A stretch of 64,000 bases of DNA, from NCBI RefSeq assembly GCF_002571385.2, contig NW_019218013.1, positions 11,092-75,091 of the forward strand. The letters are read 5' to 3'. A model generated the notes under the pieces. The model was not told the DNA's origin, searched no databases, and saw nothing but the letters and a program-made list of their open reading frames with translations. The stretch comes from Stylophora pistillata (taxonomy: Eukaryota). Each line of letters starts with the position of its first letter. Within the stretch, counting starts at the first letter, position 1. The position numbers were made by a program, and so were the translations under genes. This document shows, piece after piece, positions 49,701 to 62,500 of this stretch.

Positions 49701-52700
49701 ACGTGTAGAGAACTTTGATGACCCTCTTTGGGAGGATAATATTAGTTTACTTTGTTTTATGGTACCTACATGTACAAATTACAGTACATGTTCATGAATA
49801 AAGTGTTGTCAGACAGAGGCGCAATCAATAAAAAGATCTATCAATAGGAAATAATATAATAACTGATAAATGAACCTCTGCATGGTAAGTAGAATTTTTC
49901 AAGTGTTTTTAACAAGCAGCTCTTCCTTTCTTGCAGGATTGGCTCAAATTTGCATGCAGTGGTTGTCAGCACAATCAGTTTGTATTGCTTCTTATTTGAT
50001 CCAGAGACAACATCCAATCCTATAAGGTACATTGCATTTCTTTATAAGCTAATTTGGTTGACTTTGCGATAATGATGATGAACTGTATTTAACAAGGATT
50101 CATAGTGTGAACTGATAAATTAATGGCCTTTAACAGGGGTTTCATTAAGGGCCGGGCACCAGCCAAATTGGTTGTAAGGACGGTTTTGCCCACCTGGTTT
50201 AACAATCTGGAGGAAGGGTTATCTTATAAAGAATTTAGTTCAAAAAGTTTTGCCCGCCTGTGAAAACCAGTTGCCCTCCTGCTGAAAATATTAATGAAAC
50301 CCCTGCTTTAACGAAGAATTAATGTATGTAGAAAACACGTGTAAAATGGTTGACATTGTATAATTTAAGTATATATACAGTCAAACCTTGATTATGTGGA
50401 CTTGTGGGGACTGGGCTGAAAAATTAGAAATCAAAAGTCAGGACAATCAAAAGTATGGCTATTAATAAGCCAAAAATAAAACTGAATACCAATATTAGGC
50501 AAAAGGTTAAGGTGCATTCTCAAATCACTGTGCATCATTGCCAAAATTTGTTAATTGAAAGTATTTACAAAATAAATTTTACAACAATGATGTTTTACAA
50601 CCTAAATAGCTGTGGGTCGAAGTAGCTACAGCATGTGCAGGTAGCTAATTCTTTCATTCTTTGAAGTTGGGTGAATGGAAAAAGTCATTGCATATCTCTA
50701 ATTAAAAAATGGGAGGGTAGAGGTGAGTGTTGTTAATCAAAGATCGGGATAATGGAAGACTGGATAATCGAGGCTATACTGTATTTGTAAAATCATCATT
50801 TTTTGCAAATACGTTTGCTGCAGTTCTCTTCCTTTCTTTATAGAAATGATGGTGTTTTAGTGAGAGTGGGGGTAGCCATTACATTAGGGTACATTTTAGC
50901 AGGTAATTGACTTTGTATAATTTATGCTTTGAATATTATGTTGCAATAGTACAAATATTGGAATACCTGGTAACTCTCTGTGAGCCTATTCCTGCGGGCT
51001 GGCTGGTCTTGGTTTTGAACATGTTTCCATTTACTTCATGATATATGTGATGTCAATTTTTTTTCTGTTAATTTCTCTTGATTGTAGCAGTGACTAATTC
51101 CTCAGACTGAATAAAGTACAATTTGACTTTGGCATGAAACACAATGAAAGTTTGACAATACAAAGTTCCTCAGGGGCACTTGCAATCACAATTATTTTGA
51201 AAAGGGATGGCCATATGGCTCCAAGATTTTTGGCAACTCGCATTATAAGGGCATTTGTGGATGTGAACTGTAATGGAATCCATGAAGTATTCCAAAGTAT
51301 CACAGTGCTTGCTAGTATTGCTCCCATGGTGCAACATGATATGATTCTCAACCATGCATGTGACTGATCTTTGTAATGGCTTCTACACTTATTAATCTGT
51401 TTACATTTACTTGCCATGTTCTTTCCTCTCAACTTAAACAAATCAACAGCACTCAAGTCAGAAATTAACTAGACCTCTAGTTTGCCAGAAATAAACAATC
51501 AATCTATCAGAAATATACTTTATAGATGTGAACCATTTTTGTGCACAAGGTTCAATTGATACATCGTAATTGTAGCTCTCACTGCTTTTATATTTACATC
51601 TTCATGTTGATTGTTTCAGATTTCCTTATCATAGTTTGGTCCTATAAATACATAGGAGATTTGTTCACTTTGGTTCACCACCTCATGGCAATATCAGCAT
51701 ATTATTTCGTTGTGGTAAGACTGGTGTACGCTTTCTACATGCATGTGATCAAAGGCTTCTTTGTATATGAATGCACACATACTTAAATGCAAACTTTTTA
51801 GTTATTGTTTGAAAAACAAACAAACAAAATTATCATGGTGATTTTAGTCCCCACAAAAGTAAGATACATCTACTGGCAACAAATGTAACATTAGAATACC
51901 TTTGGTTAATAAAACTTTTAGTCTATAGCTGAGAAGTAATAAATACTATTTTAATCTGTAGTAGTTGGTCTTATAGTGATCAATGAATAGTCCCAAAGGT
52001 CAACATGTACATGCAGCTTCATTTACATGTAGGTAGTAAGGGATCAATTTGCCTTTGTAGGTCAATGGGGTTTTGCCTTATTTTGCTAATGTCCGTCAAC
52101 TTGCAGAGATCTCCACACCATTTGTGAATCAGAGGTTAGTTTGCTTGAAAATTCCTTTGCTGGAAATTACCTTTTCTACATTCTATTCTACATGTAGGGC
52201 TAACATCAGATTTTCTGTCTAAATTTACATTTCCATGTCTACACATGGTGGTAACTCTTCTGCTATCACATGGTTAGGATTTTCTCCTTCCATTTCCTTT
52301 CATTTTGTCCATCTGTTGCTTTTCCTAAACTTCTGAGACCTTCCAACTGAAGGTTGATTAGTCTAATTGGTCTTAGCTACAGCAGTCAGTCTCGGCCAGG
52401 GGGACTGCCTATGGAGGAACTGTCAGTAACTTTTTCTTACCCCCCTATGTGGTAAGAAAAACAGTTACACACTCCAGGGTTGTAGTCTAGCAGTGCCGGG
52501 TGGCCCAGGCACCTTCCTTTTGCTCTTGGGTGACTCAAGAATCTTAGTTTTTTTCATACAACGTATAATGGGCACCCTGGATTTCACAGTTTCAGAGCAC
52601 TGGGCTCCCTTGAGTTCAATTTTTCTCAGAGCGCAACCATGCATTCAGCGGTACCTAACATGAGCCACTTTTTTGCACTTACCACATTTTTAAGTCTTCT

Positions 52701-53141
52701 GTGAACTATTACTGATTGGAGGCACAAAAACATTGAATCTAGTTGTTGAGATTATTTTGCTCACACTCATGTACCTTTTTGTTTGATGTCTTCACATGTT
52801 GATACCTTTTCTTTTCTTTTTTTTTTATTTTATACTTCTTTGCCTCCCAAAGGTGGTTTTTTGATGCTATTGGTCATCCCAGGTCATCTAGCAGCTTCGT
52901 CATCAATGGTTATGTGATGGGGGCTTCCTTCTTCTTCTGCCGCATACTAATGATGCCCATTTACTATTACAAGTGTTATTTGGTTTGGGGAAGTGATGAG
53001 CAACAGCAGCTGGGTGCACTTATTAATTTTTACTGGATTTCTACTTGCATTGTGCTGGACATAATAAACTTATATTGGTTCACCAAGATAGTAAAGGGTG
53101 CAATGAAGCTGACTCGAAAGCTTAAAGATTGTAAAGACTGA
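46736..53141 (+). CDS. TLCD4: TLC-domain protein TLCD4/TMEM56-like. Exons 46736-46748, 48656-48830, 49937-50026, 50844-50902, 51620-51714, 52061-52134, 52853-53141
   Basis: DWDTRIGSNLHA, GYILADF, HH, EISTPFVNQRWFFD, FFFCRI, LDIINLYWFTKIVKG; phases consistent. The 13-nt first coding exon is less certain. Confidence 0.88.
47125..47290. repeat. Direct tandem duplication (~83 bp x2)
   Basis: TGACAGTCGATGGAGGGAAGATACTACAGTATAATCCATCCAGCCCCACC... appears twice in tandem. Confidence 0.85.
47521..47930 (+). mobile_element. L2-type LINE 3' fragment
   Basis: DHITPILKSLHWLP..RVNFKI..GGRAFSVSAPKLWNSIP..FKTRLKTFLF with stops, followed by an (ATT)n tail. Confidence 0.88.
50388..50781. mobile_element. TA-flanked Tc1/mariner-type MITE (deleted copy ~61358-61454 in the TLCD4 duplicate)
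   Basis: TA-CAGTCAAACCTTGATTAT ... ATAATCGAGGCTATACTG-TA. Confidence 0.65.
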
Positions 53142-54037
53142 CAATGAAATACCTAAAATTAATGTGGCAAGATTAGATATTTGTTAAATCAGCTGATCTT
53201 TTTTCAATTTTTTTTTCAATTTGTCTTTTTTTTTTTAGTTGCCACCCACCAAAACTGATTTGTCTTTTCTGTTTTTGTTCTTTTACTTAATACTTTCTGT
53301 GGAAAAAGGTGAAATTGTTAATAGTTTGACTGGTTATCATCAGTCAGTCCAAATTTAGGATGAGTGCTGCTTTTAATTGGTAAGTAAGTAGGCTAAGATT
53401 TTGGTCTAGACTGACCTTCTTGTAGACTAAAGAATATTTTATGGAGACAATGGGCACAAAAATTCCAAATAGCCCTAATACTAATTCTAACTTATTTTAT
53501 GATATAATATTTTTTTTCGCTTCAGTGAAGTTTTTTATGGACACTGATTTTCTCTAACTTTTTTAGAAATAATATTAATTTTTTTTATTAATAGAAATAT
53601 GAATTTTAAGCTTTAATTGATATGTGTGACAAAAATATTTATAGCGTTTTTTTGGAATTCCAGCGAAAATAGTAAATTAGAAGATTTATTCATTGTCCTT
53701 GAACTATTTACTGTCTAACGATATATATATCTTATTAACCAAGCGCGAGGGCCGTACTGGGAAAATATCGGCCCGAGGTCTTGACAGATTTTTTCAATAT
53801 AGTGAGCAGCACTTCTGCGATCAGTAGTTGTAAAACTTCTTGTATTTTCCTACGCGTTTCGTCTAACTGTCGTAGACTTCTTCAGGGAGTTTTACAAGTA
53901 TAACTAAATGCCTGTATTTATAAGCCAAAGTTACAGGGGCCGATGACCGTAAAGGCTTGGCCGGACTTACGAACAGGAACAGGCGAAGTTGTGAAAAATT
54001 TGTGAAAAATTTAACACGTGTAAGGCAAGGTGAGAAA

Positions 54038-54087
54038 AATATTTTGGGGGCCACGGTTTTAGCTAAAACCGTGGCCCCCAAAATATT
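54038..54087. repeat. Perfect 50-bp palindrome
   Basis: AATATTTTGGGGGCCACGGTTTTAG|CTAAAACCGTGGCCCCCAAAATATT. Confidence 0.92.
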
Positions 54088-57000
54088 AGCCTCTTTCTAG
54101 CGCCTTAATATCGTCACCAGATCTCTGACATGCGATAACTAAACAAAATTCCAACCTCTACTTGTTTTCATGGCATTTATTTTCTCCCCTTTTAAATATC
54201 ATGAAAATCCTCATGAAAATACATTGACCAACACCAGTTTCCAGCCTTTTTCATCTCTTCGTTACNNNNNNNNNNNNNNNNNNNNNNNNNNNNNNNNNNN
54301 NNNNNNNNNNNNNNNNNNNNNNNNNNNNNNNNNNNNNNNNNNNNNNNNNNNNNNNNNNNNNNNNNNNNNNNNNNNNNNNNNNNNNNNNNNNNNNNNNNNN
54401 NNNNNNNNNNNNNNNNNNNNNNNNNNNNNNNNNNNNNNNNNNNNNNNNNNNNNNNNNNNNNNNNNNNNNNNNNNNNNNNNNNNNNNNNNNNNNNNNNNNN
54501 NNNNNNNNNNNNNNNNNNNNNNNNNNNNNNNNNNNNNNNNNNNNNNNNNNNNNNNNNNNNNNNNNNNNNNNNNNNNNNNNNNNNNNNNNNNNNNNNNNNN
54601 NNNNNNNNNNNNNNNNNNNNNNNNNNNNNNNNNNNNNNNNNNNNNNNNNNNNNNNNNNNNNNNNNNNNNNNNNNNNNNNNNNNNNNNNNNNNNNNNNNNN
54701 NNNNNNNNNNNNNNNNNNNNNNNNNNNNNNNNNNNNNNNNNNNNNNNNNNNNNNNNNNNNNNNNNNNNNNNNNNNNNNNNNNNNNNNNNNNNNNNNNNNN
54801 NNNNNNNNNNNNNNNNNNNNNNNNNNNNNNNNNNNNNNNNNNNNNNNNNNNNNNNNNNNNNNNNNNNNNNNNNNNNNNNNNNNNNNNNNNNNNNNNNNNN
54901 NNNNNNNNNNNNNNNNNNNNNNNNNAGCGCTCTCTACTGCGAGGATCATGCATCCTACGTAAAACTCTTCGTGTTGCGAGCCCTTCGTACTTATCAAAAT
55001 CTTGGTTTAAAGACGAACCAACAGTGAAAAGTATGCAACTAAAGGACCGCAACCTTTTTCGGAATTTGCAACGCTGTTTTTAAGTCCATCAATAGAATTT
55101 CAAATATCTATAATGTTTTGCGTTTCTATCCAATAAATTTACCCTGCTTCAGCTACACGTCAAATCAATAATGTGAAGCTTTACGTAAATGACCTCCAAA
55201 TGGATAAGTAAACGTAGAAATTCTCAATTTACTTGATGTTCTAATTTTTTTAATCAACTTAATTTACGCTTTGAACAAAACAGTGTATGCTCCAAATTCG
55301 AAAAGCCTTATTCGGACTCAAAATAGGAATCCGAGGGATTCATTTTCTTTGCTTGTGGTAGAAATGAATCGAACTTTCCTCTTACATATTCAAGTGAGTG
55401 AGTGACGAACGTTTCTCGAACTAACTTGTAATTTCATTTACACTGTAGTTAGAAAAAAAGTGATTAAACCGAACAAAAATTATATTGAATGGACCATAAG
55501 ATCCTTTGAATCTGTGTCCGAAAAGTTCAAGTTCGCTGAGCCGATAAATTCAATAATTGTCGTGGAAATTTGTAGTATTAGCAGTATTAATTGGCGCAAT
55601 CAAGCAAGCCAATTGTGCTTCAAATTTAAAAAGACATTTTCATTAGTCGATGAGCCTTTACCGCCTCGACTGCTTCTCATCATGATATACTTTAGCTATG
55701 ATACTAGCGCCCACGACATCTGCATTGTATTGTAGGTCAACTGTACTCCTTCACTGCGACTTACTCAAATGTAAATCGTTACCTAACAGTCGATTTAAAA
55801 CCTGTATCATTGCGTTTCTCTTAACTTGGCTGATGTTTGATCCAACCCATCAAGAAAAAAAACCTTGTTTTTTTTTTTTTTTCGACAACTTCTAACTGAT
55901 CACAATTATTTTAGTGTTGTCCACATCGTAATCGATTGGAAAATCCTTTCACTGTTATTATATTTTTACGGGATGATATGGTAAGATTTTTAGTTTGCGT
56001 TTACACTACATAAAGGGTCATTTGTTATCACAGTCTCCTCCACCAGAAGTAAGCCAATAAAGGGATAAAAAGATTATAGTCGGAACTACTTATAAAGGGA
56101 TAAAAAGATTATAGTCTTGTAGGGAAACCTATTAACTTTTCTTTGATATGAGGGCACTGATGCACCGGCTAAAGTCGCATCACACTGCGTCAAGAACAAT
56201 TCATTCATAAAAATTCTGCCAAAATGAAGCAAAGTTAAAGAACGATTCATAGCACCGAAACTACCCCTTTTATGATATGAGAAAAACTATATTTCGTGAA
56301 GCAGAAAAGTCTGCGCATTGTCTATCTAATGATTGTTATACAAATAAAGTAATTTGCACGAATTACATTTTTAGCAAGTAAGGCAACCTTTGCACCTGAA
56401 AAGAAAATGTTCCAAATGAAAAATATCTAACTATAAAAGTCTGTGAATGACTAGAAACAGGATTGATTCCATGGAAATGTTCTTAAACCGTACAGAATTA
56501 ACCAAAGACTTTGCCAGCATGACAAATCCAATTTTACTTTTCTATTGCACGGAAAGAGAAAATTTAAATTGGATCTTCAACGAAGGAGGGGGAAATTATG
56601 GCTGGAATTTCCTTTTCGTCAGCCGTTCTGTTGCATCTCTTTTTATCGTACTCTAACTATCCTTACCGTGCAAGAAACCAACATTTCAGAGAAGAGGTGG
56701 ACCATTTTGCCATTTGACCATCAAGCCGTTATCCCCATAAAAAGTCATTAAAAATGGATTCGCCATATTTAACATTCAGTCTGCCATTGTCAATAAGATG
56801 CATCCAATCCCCAGACTCCTAGAGTCATGCAAACGCCAAGAAATTTGCATATGGAATCCCACATTACCCGTCCCTGTACTTTACATATCCACGAGTTTAA
56901 AGGCAAGGCAAAGGCACTGGAGAAATTTAATCGTTCTCTTTCTGACATCTTTCATTTGGTCAGTAGAAAGAAGTCTTCATACCTTAATGATTTTTCTGTT

Positions 57001-57844
57001 TTCACAACTTAAATATGATATCTAATTGACAGATGAATTGCGGATAGTGTTACCGTTGATTCCGTTTTACCTTACTTTTATGAGAATCCTTCTTTACATT
57101 TGTCCACAAATTCCTTCCAATTTAATTTAATTTTGGCTCTCTCCTTTGTGTTTTGGAAAACGAAATGCGCTGTGAAATTCTGCAGGCGTAGGTTTTCTTT
57201 TGAATATCATTAAGCACGAAGAATATCTCGGCAACAAATTGGCGTAAGTTTTAAATTTAGGACCTGAACTAATATAAATGTAACGGACAGGGGAATGCTT
57301 AGAACTTTTCTTGCTTGGATAATAATTTCAAATAGGTGCACTTTAATAAATAATTGTTATGGGGATTTTTTGTACCATTGTTAGTAAATTCTGAGTTGAT
57401 CACCAACGTTTTTTCTTACATCTACGCGTATATCCACCTGTAACCGTAATAGGAAAGAATAAATATGGCGTGCTTGAGTGGCATCACGTAGACTAACGAA
57501 AAGTATCAGCTTAACCTTCTGAGAACACTCGTGTTTGCTTTTGGTGCAAACCAAATTCAAGCCATTTCAAACTGCAAATTTTGACCGCTTGAAGTTTTTT
57601 TGTCTCCCATATATCCCGCTACACCCACTGCTCGTCTTCAATTGGCAACTGTGACACAAGATCCCATCTACTTCTTTGTCTCTCCTGATAAACTGGAACC
57701 AAGTGAAAAGTATCACACATAATTATTTCGCTATATTGTGCCAATTTACCATACCGGGGTGAGCGAACGCAAAAAAATGTGCGGTGGTATTACACTCTAG
57801 GACAAGGCATTCGTTCATTTGCTGCCACATTTCGATAAACTTCT

Positions 57845-58368
57845 GAGGAAGAGGAGGATGTGGGAAAAGGAAGGAGGGAGTCTGAGGAGGAGGAAGATGT
57901 GGGAGAAGGAAGGAGGGAATCTGAGGAGGAGGAGGATGTGGGAGAAGGAAGGAGGGAGTCTGAGAAGGAGGATGATGTGGGAGAAGGAAGGAGGGAGTCT
58001 GACTTNNNNNNNNNNNNNNNNNNNNNNNNNNNNNNNNNNNNNNNNNNNNNNNNNNNNNNNNNNNNNNNNNNNNNNNNNNNNNNNNNNNNNNNNNNNNNNN
58101 NNNNNNNNNNNNNNNNNNNNNNNNNNNNNNNNNNNNNNNNNNNNNNNNNNNNNNNNNNNNNNNNNNNNNNNNNNNNNNNNNNNNNNNNNNNNGATGTGGG
58201 AGAAGGAAGGAGGGAGTCTGAGAAGGAGGATGATGTGGGAGAAGGAAGGAGGGAGTCTGAGAAGGAGGATGATGTGGGAGAAGGAAGGAGGGAGTCTGAA
58301 GAGGAGGAGGATGTGGGAGAAGGAAGGAGGGAGTCGGAGGATGTGGGAGAAGGAAGGAGGGAGGAAGA
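57845..58368. repeat. 39-bp purine-rich minisatellite spanning an assembly gap
   Basis: Unit GATGTGGGAGAAGGAAGGAGGGAGTCTGAGAAGGAGGAT repeated on both sides of the N run. Confidence 0.95.
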
Positions 58369-58841
58369 ATCTGCTGAGTGGCAGACATTCTCTCACTGAA
58401 AGGGCAAAAGTTCACAATGAAGTTAGGCCAGCTGTGCTTAAAACTGAATTTACTCTGCTTACTTTCCCTAATCCTGACTCAAAGCAATGTTGGTTTGTCT
58501 ATATCAAATCTCTTACACATCATAACAAAACAAAGCAGCAACAACATCGTAATGAGGGGGGGGAGGAAGGGGGGAGGTAAAAAATGTTTGTTTTTTAATA
58601 ATAATAATAATAATAATAAGGATTGAAGATTTTTTAGAGGACAATGTACCCCTTTCGCCGACTTAATGAGGAATTCCGCGGTAAGTTGTCAATCTTACGC
58701 TTTTTTTAGACCCTCTTAAAATGATGGTAATTTACAATACTGATCTGTATTCAGGAGTTTTATAACCATTTTTTCTCCCTTAAAATGTCTCAATGTCCGA
58801 ATATTGTTTCCACTTGCAGCTTACAGAAACTCATCACTTAC

Positions 58842-59568
58842 CTAATTTTCTCCTCAACCAAAGCACAACTCTTTCATAATAAGCGATGCTTGCCCTCAAA
58901 TTTCCCAAGCAATGGTATGCGTTAGCAATGCTCGCATCGGCCTTCGACACGCTGTTACCATCCTTTAAACTCTCGGAAATCTTTCGCCTTTCTAACTGAT
59001 AATAAATGGCACCTTCAAAGTCTTGCTGCATCTCACAGATGTTTCCGAGATTATTGTACATCCTCGCTTGACAACTTTTGTCATGTAACTCTTCAGAAAT
59101 CGCTAGACCACTTTCAAAATACTCTACGGCTTTTTCAATATCCCCAAGCCTCTTGTAAACACATCCAAGGTTGCAGTAAGCTCTTTGCAAACGAAGTAAC
59201 GAACGTTGTCGTTTAACCAGACTAAAATACTGCGCGTAGTAATCTTTGGCAGCAGGGAACTTGCATAGTTTATAGTGAGCGTGACCTAACTCAAGCAATA
59301 ACTTTTCCTTCTCAGGTTTATTGCACCGATGCTTTGCTAACTGTTTCTTTAGATCTTCTATCAGCTCTCCTAGATCTTCTTTGGTGTACGAAGCAACTTT
59401 AATCTCTTCAACATCTTCCCCTTGTAAAATCTCGTTGAGCTGTTCTTTGGCCGATTCTTCTCCATCGACAACAATTTCATTGACATTCAAAATCTCTTTA
59501 TCTTCAGTCTTTTTCGAAGAGAAACTTTTTCTCCATTTTCTTAGCCTCGAACAGATACTGGATCCCAT
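58842..59568 (-). CDS. TPR-repeat protein, large first coding exon (downstream exon uncertain; candidate 57684-57668 giving GETKK*)
   Basis: Four TPR-like repeats (AYCNLGCVYKRLGDIEKAVEYFESGL, MYNNLGNI..GAIYY, SIANAYHCLGN); ends at a G|GTAAGT donor; start chosen at MGSSIC. Confidence 0.85.
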
Positions 59569-60989
59569 AATTTTTATGCGGTAATAAATATTAAATTTAC
59601 TAGACCTCGCTCTCGTTAAACATTTCCTTTGCATAAAATGATTATCTTATAAGCTAGCCACCTGTTACTCGACAAATACGTATGCGATTTGTAAAAATAC
59701 ATTTGTATGTCAGGCAGATTATGAACACAGTTTTTGCACATTCTAGCCAGCTCAAGTGAAAATATCTCTCGGCTCTTACTCTCAACCAAAACAAAAGGTA
59801 TATTTATAGTTAAAAATTATGTCGACGACAAAAATATACGTACACATGCATTCCCACTTCTAAGCTCACCCCCACAAAAAATTGCAAATGCATATGAAAG
59901 AAAATAATCCTTTCCTGTTTGGCTTTCAGCGACATAATTTGCCTGACAGTCCGATATAGAAACCAATTATGCGAAACAGTATAATTATATTGGATCTAGA
60001 AATTTGACTAAAAATTGTCTCCATGTCGTGGTTGTTCATGCAATAAGATTATTGCAACATTTGGTCACATGAGCAATACTTGCGGAACTTGGCTTCGGAG
60101 TTGTATAAATTCCTGAAAGGCAAAGAAAGTTAAAATGTTTCATTTAGTCAACATAGTCATCGGAGATCGAGATCATTGCTTAAAACATTGTCCATCGTTC
60201 TGTTCTGCAGAACTCAGTCAAACATCTTTAGTTATATGAGGTAGAATAAGCGAGCAAGAGTGGACCGTTTTAGTTTACAAGTTGCAATAAAAGAATTTTG
60301 CAGCAGCTTGAATAATAAGCAAATTTCAAAGAGTTGTGTATAAATCAGTGGAGGGGAGACGTCCAAGCCTTATGGCACAGAGGGATTTTAAAAGATTAAG
60401 GTATGGTGCATAAATCAGTCAAACGTGACTTGTACATGTTTATAGATTTTGACGTCTCACTAAAATGAATTTTGTTTGGCAGCATGTTTTAGGTCGTTTA
60501 TAGATATGTCGAGCAAATACGCTGGCTTGTCACGCAAATAACATTTCCAAAAGAATATACACGTAATTATAGCACCATCGTGAGACATAAACGACGCGTT
60601 ACAAGTATAATAAAACAATTGCTAAATACGATAGATTTCCACCCACGATCCGCTATTCCAGTACGGGTTTCAAACTTAATCTGGTCTTGTCTCTAGAACG
60701 CATTTTAATTTCAAAGTCAACAGTTCTTTCAACAAAAAAGAAATTTTATGGCGCTATCATTTTGAAACTATGTTGTTCGAATTCTCAGCACGAAAACTCT
60801 TTATCGGAGCCACTTACGAAATTATTCCATTAACAGCGTTGTGTGTGTGTGTGGACAGGGGTTAGAAAAATAGGAGTCAACAAAAGTTCACTGTCACCCA
60901 AGGAGAAGTTAACCACTCAGTCTTTCAATTAGTTCCAGGTCATTGATCCTTTAATATCATAATGATTGCATGTACATGTACATGCATGT

Positions 60990-62500
60990 ATTAAGGGTTG
61001 CCTGAGAGAGGCACAATCACTAAAAAATCTATAGGAAAATTATATTGAATAAATGAACCTCTTCATAGTAAGTAGAAATTATTTATAATTACCTCCCCCT
61101 TTTCTGCAGGACTGGCTGAAATTTGCATGAAGTGGTTGTGAGCGCAATCAGTTCATATTGCTTCTTATTTCATGCAGAGACAACATCCAATCCTATCGAG
61201 TACGTTGCCTTTCTTTGTAAGCTAATTTTGTCAACTTCTTGATGAGGATGATGAACTGTTTTAGACAAGGATGCATATAACAGTGTGAACTGATAAATCA
61301 ATGGGCCTCAACAAAAAAAAATGTATTGAACAGTCAACATTGAATAAAACTATACACAGTCAAACCTGGATCATGTGGACTCGTGGGGACTGGGCTGACT
61401 AATCGAAAAACTCAGACAGTTGAAGTCTGGATAGTCGAGGTTCAACGTTAACTGTACTTGTAAGATCATCAGATTTAAATTGTTTGCTTCAATTCTCTTC
61501 TTCTTTTCTTTATAGAGATGATGGTGTTTTAGTGAGAGTCGGGGTAGCCATTACATAGGGTACATTTTGGCAGGTATATGACTTTATATTATTCTAATGC
61601 AATAGTACAACTGGCGGGCTGGCTGGTCTTGAGGTTATGGACAACTTTCCCGCTTCTCCGAGTTTCCAACTCACTTCAACTTTGTCAGTAAGTCTCAGAC
61701 TGCCCGGGGTGGAAATGTCAGTAATTGCGAAGAAAATCTCCACTCTATGTGATAAGGATATCAGTGACATACTCAACTGCACCTAATGTGAGCAACTCTT
61801 TTGCCCCTTGTAGTGTATTGAGAACATAGTAAAAGTACTTGTACTGATGTTAGTGATATTACTGTAAGATTACTGAATAATGTGAAAGGACTGTTATCAA
61901 GTAAGACTATTGTACTAGCTTATAAGACACTTGATCAATGAATAAAGACAGAATATAGTAAGCAACTGAAGAGTGTGCGTTTACTAAATATTTCCTAATG
62001 GATGCACAACAACATGGAATCTACTTGTTATGATTATTTTATGCACACTCTCGTACCTTTTTGTTTGATTTCTTCACATGTTGGTATGTTTTCTATTGGT
62101 CATCCAAGGTCATCTAGCACTGTGCTTCGTTATCAATGGTTATGTGATGGGGGCTTCCTTCTTCTTCTGCCCTATAAGATAGTGTTGTTTGGTTTGGAAA
62201 AAGGTAATGAAGCTGACGCAAATGCTGAAAGTAACTTAAAAAGACTGACAATGAAATATCTAAATGCGGAAAAACTAGATATTTGTTAAATCATCTGATT
62301 TTTTTGCAATTTGTGTTAAAATTTTTGTTGCTACTCACCCAAACTGAGTTTTCTTTTCTGTTGTGATTCTTTTACTAAATACTTTCTGTGGAAAAAGATG
62401 AAACTGTTCATAATTTGACTAGTTATTGTCAAACAGTCCAAATTTCGGATGAGCACTTTTTTTTAATTGTTTTAACTTAAAAGTCAGTAAGATAACATTT
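60990..62500 (+). pseudogene. Partial unprocessed duplicate of TLCD4 (copies of exons 3, 4, 7 and 3' UTR)
   Basis: Exon and flanking intron similarity to 49805-51010 and 52762-53410; 1-nt deletion in exon 4 (~61556); exons 5-6 missing; exon 7 acceptor and internal segments deleted. Confidence 0.9.

Noticed and set aside
54170-55052. Long ORFs of 248-286 aa
   Set aside because: Almost entirely N gap.
57723-58580. Repetitive ORFs on both strands; possible CRISPR-like array
   Set aside because: Products of a 39-bp tandem repeat with no unique spacers or cas genes; eukaryotic context.
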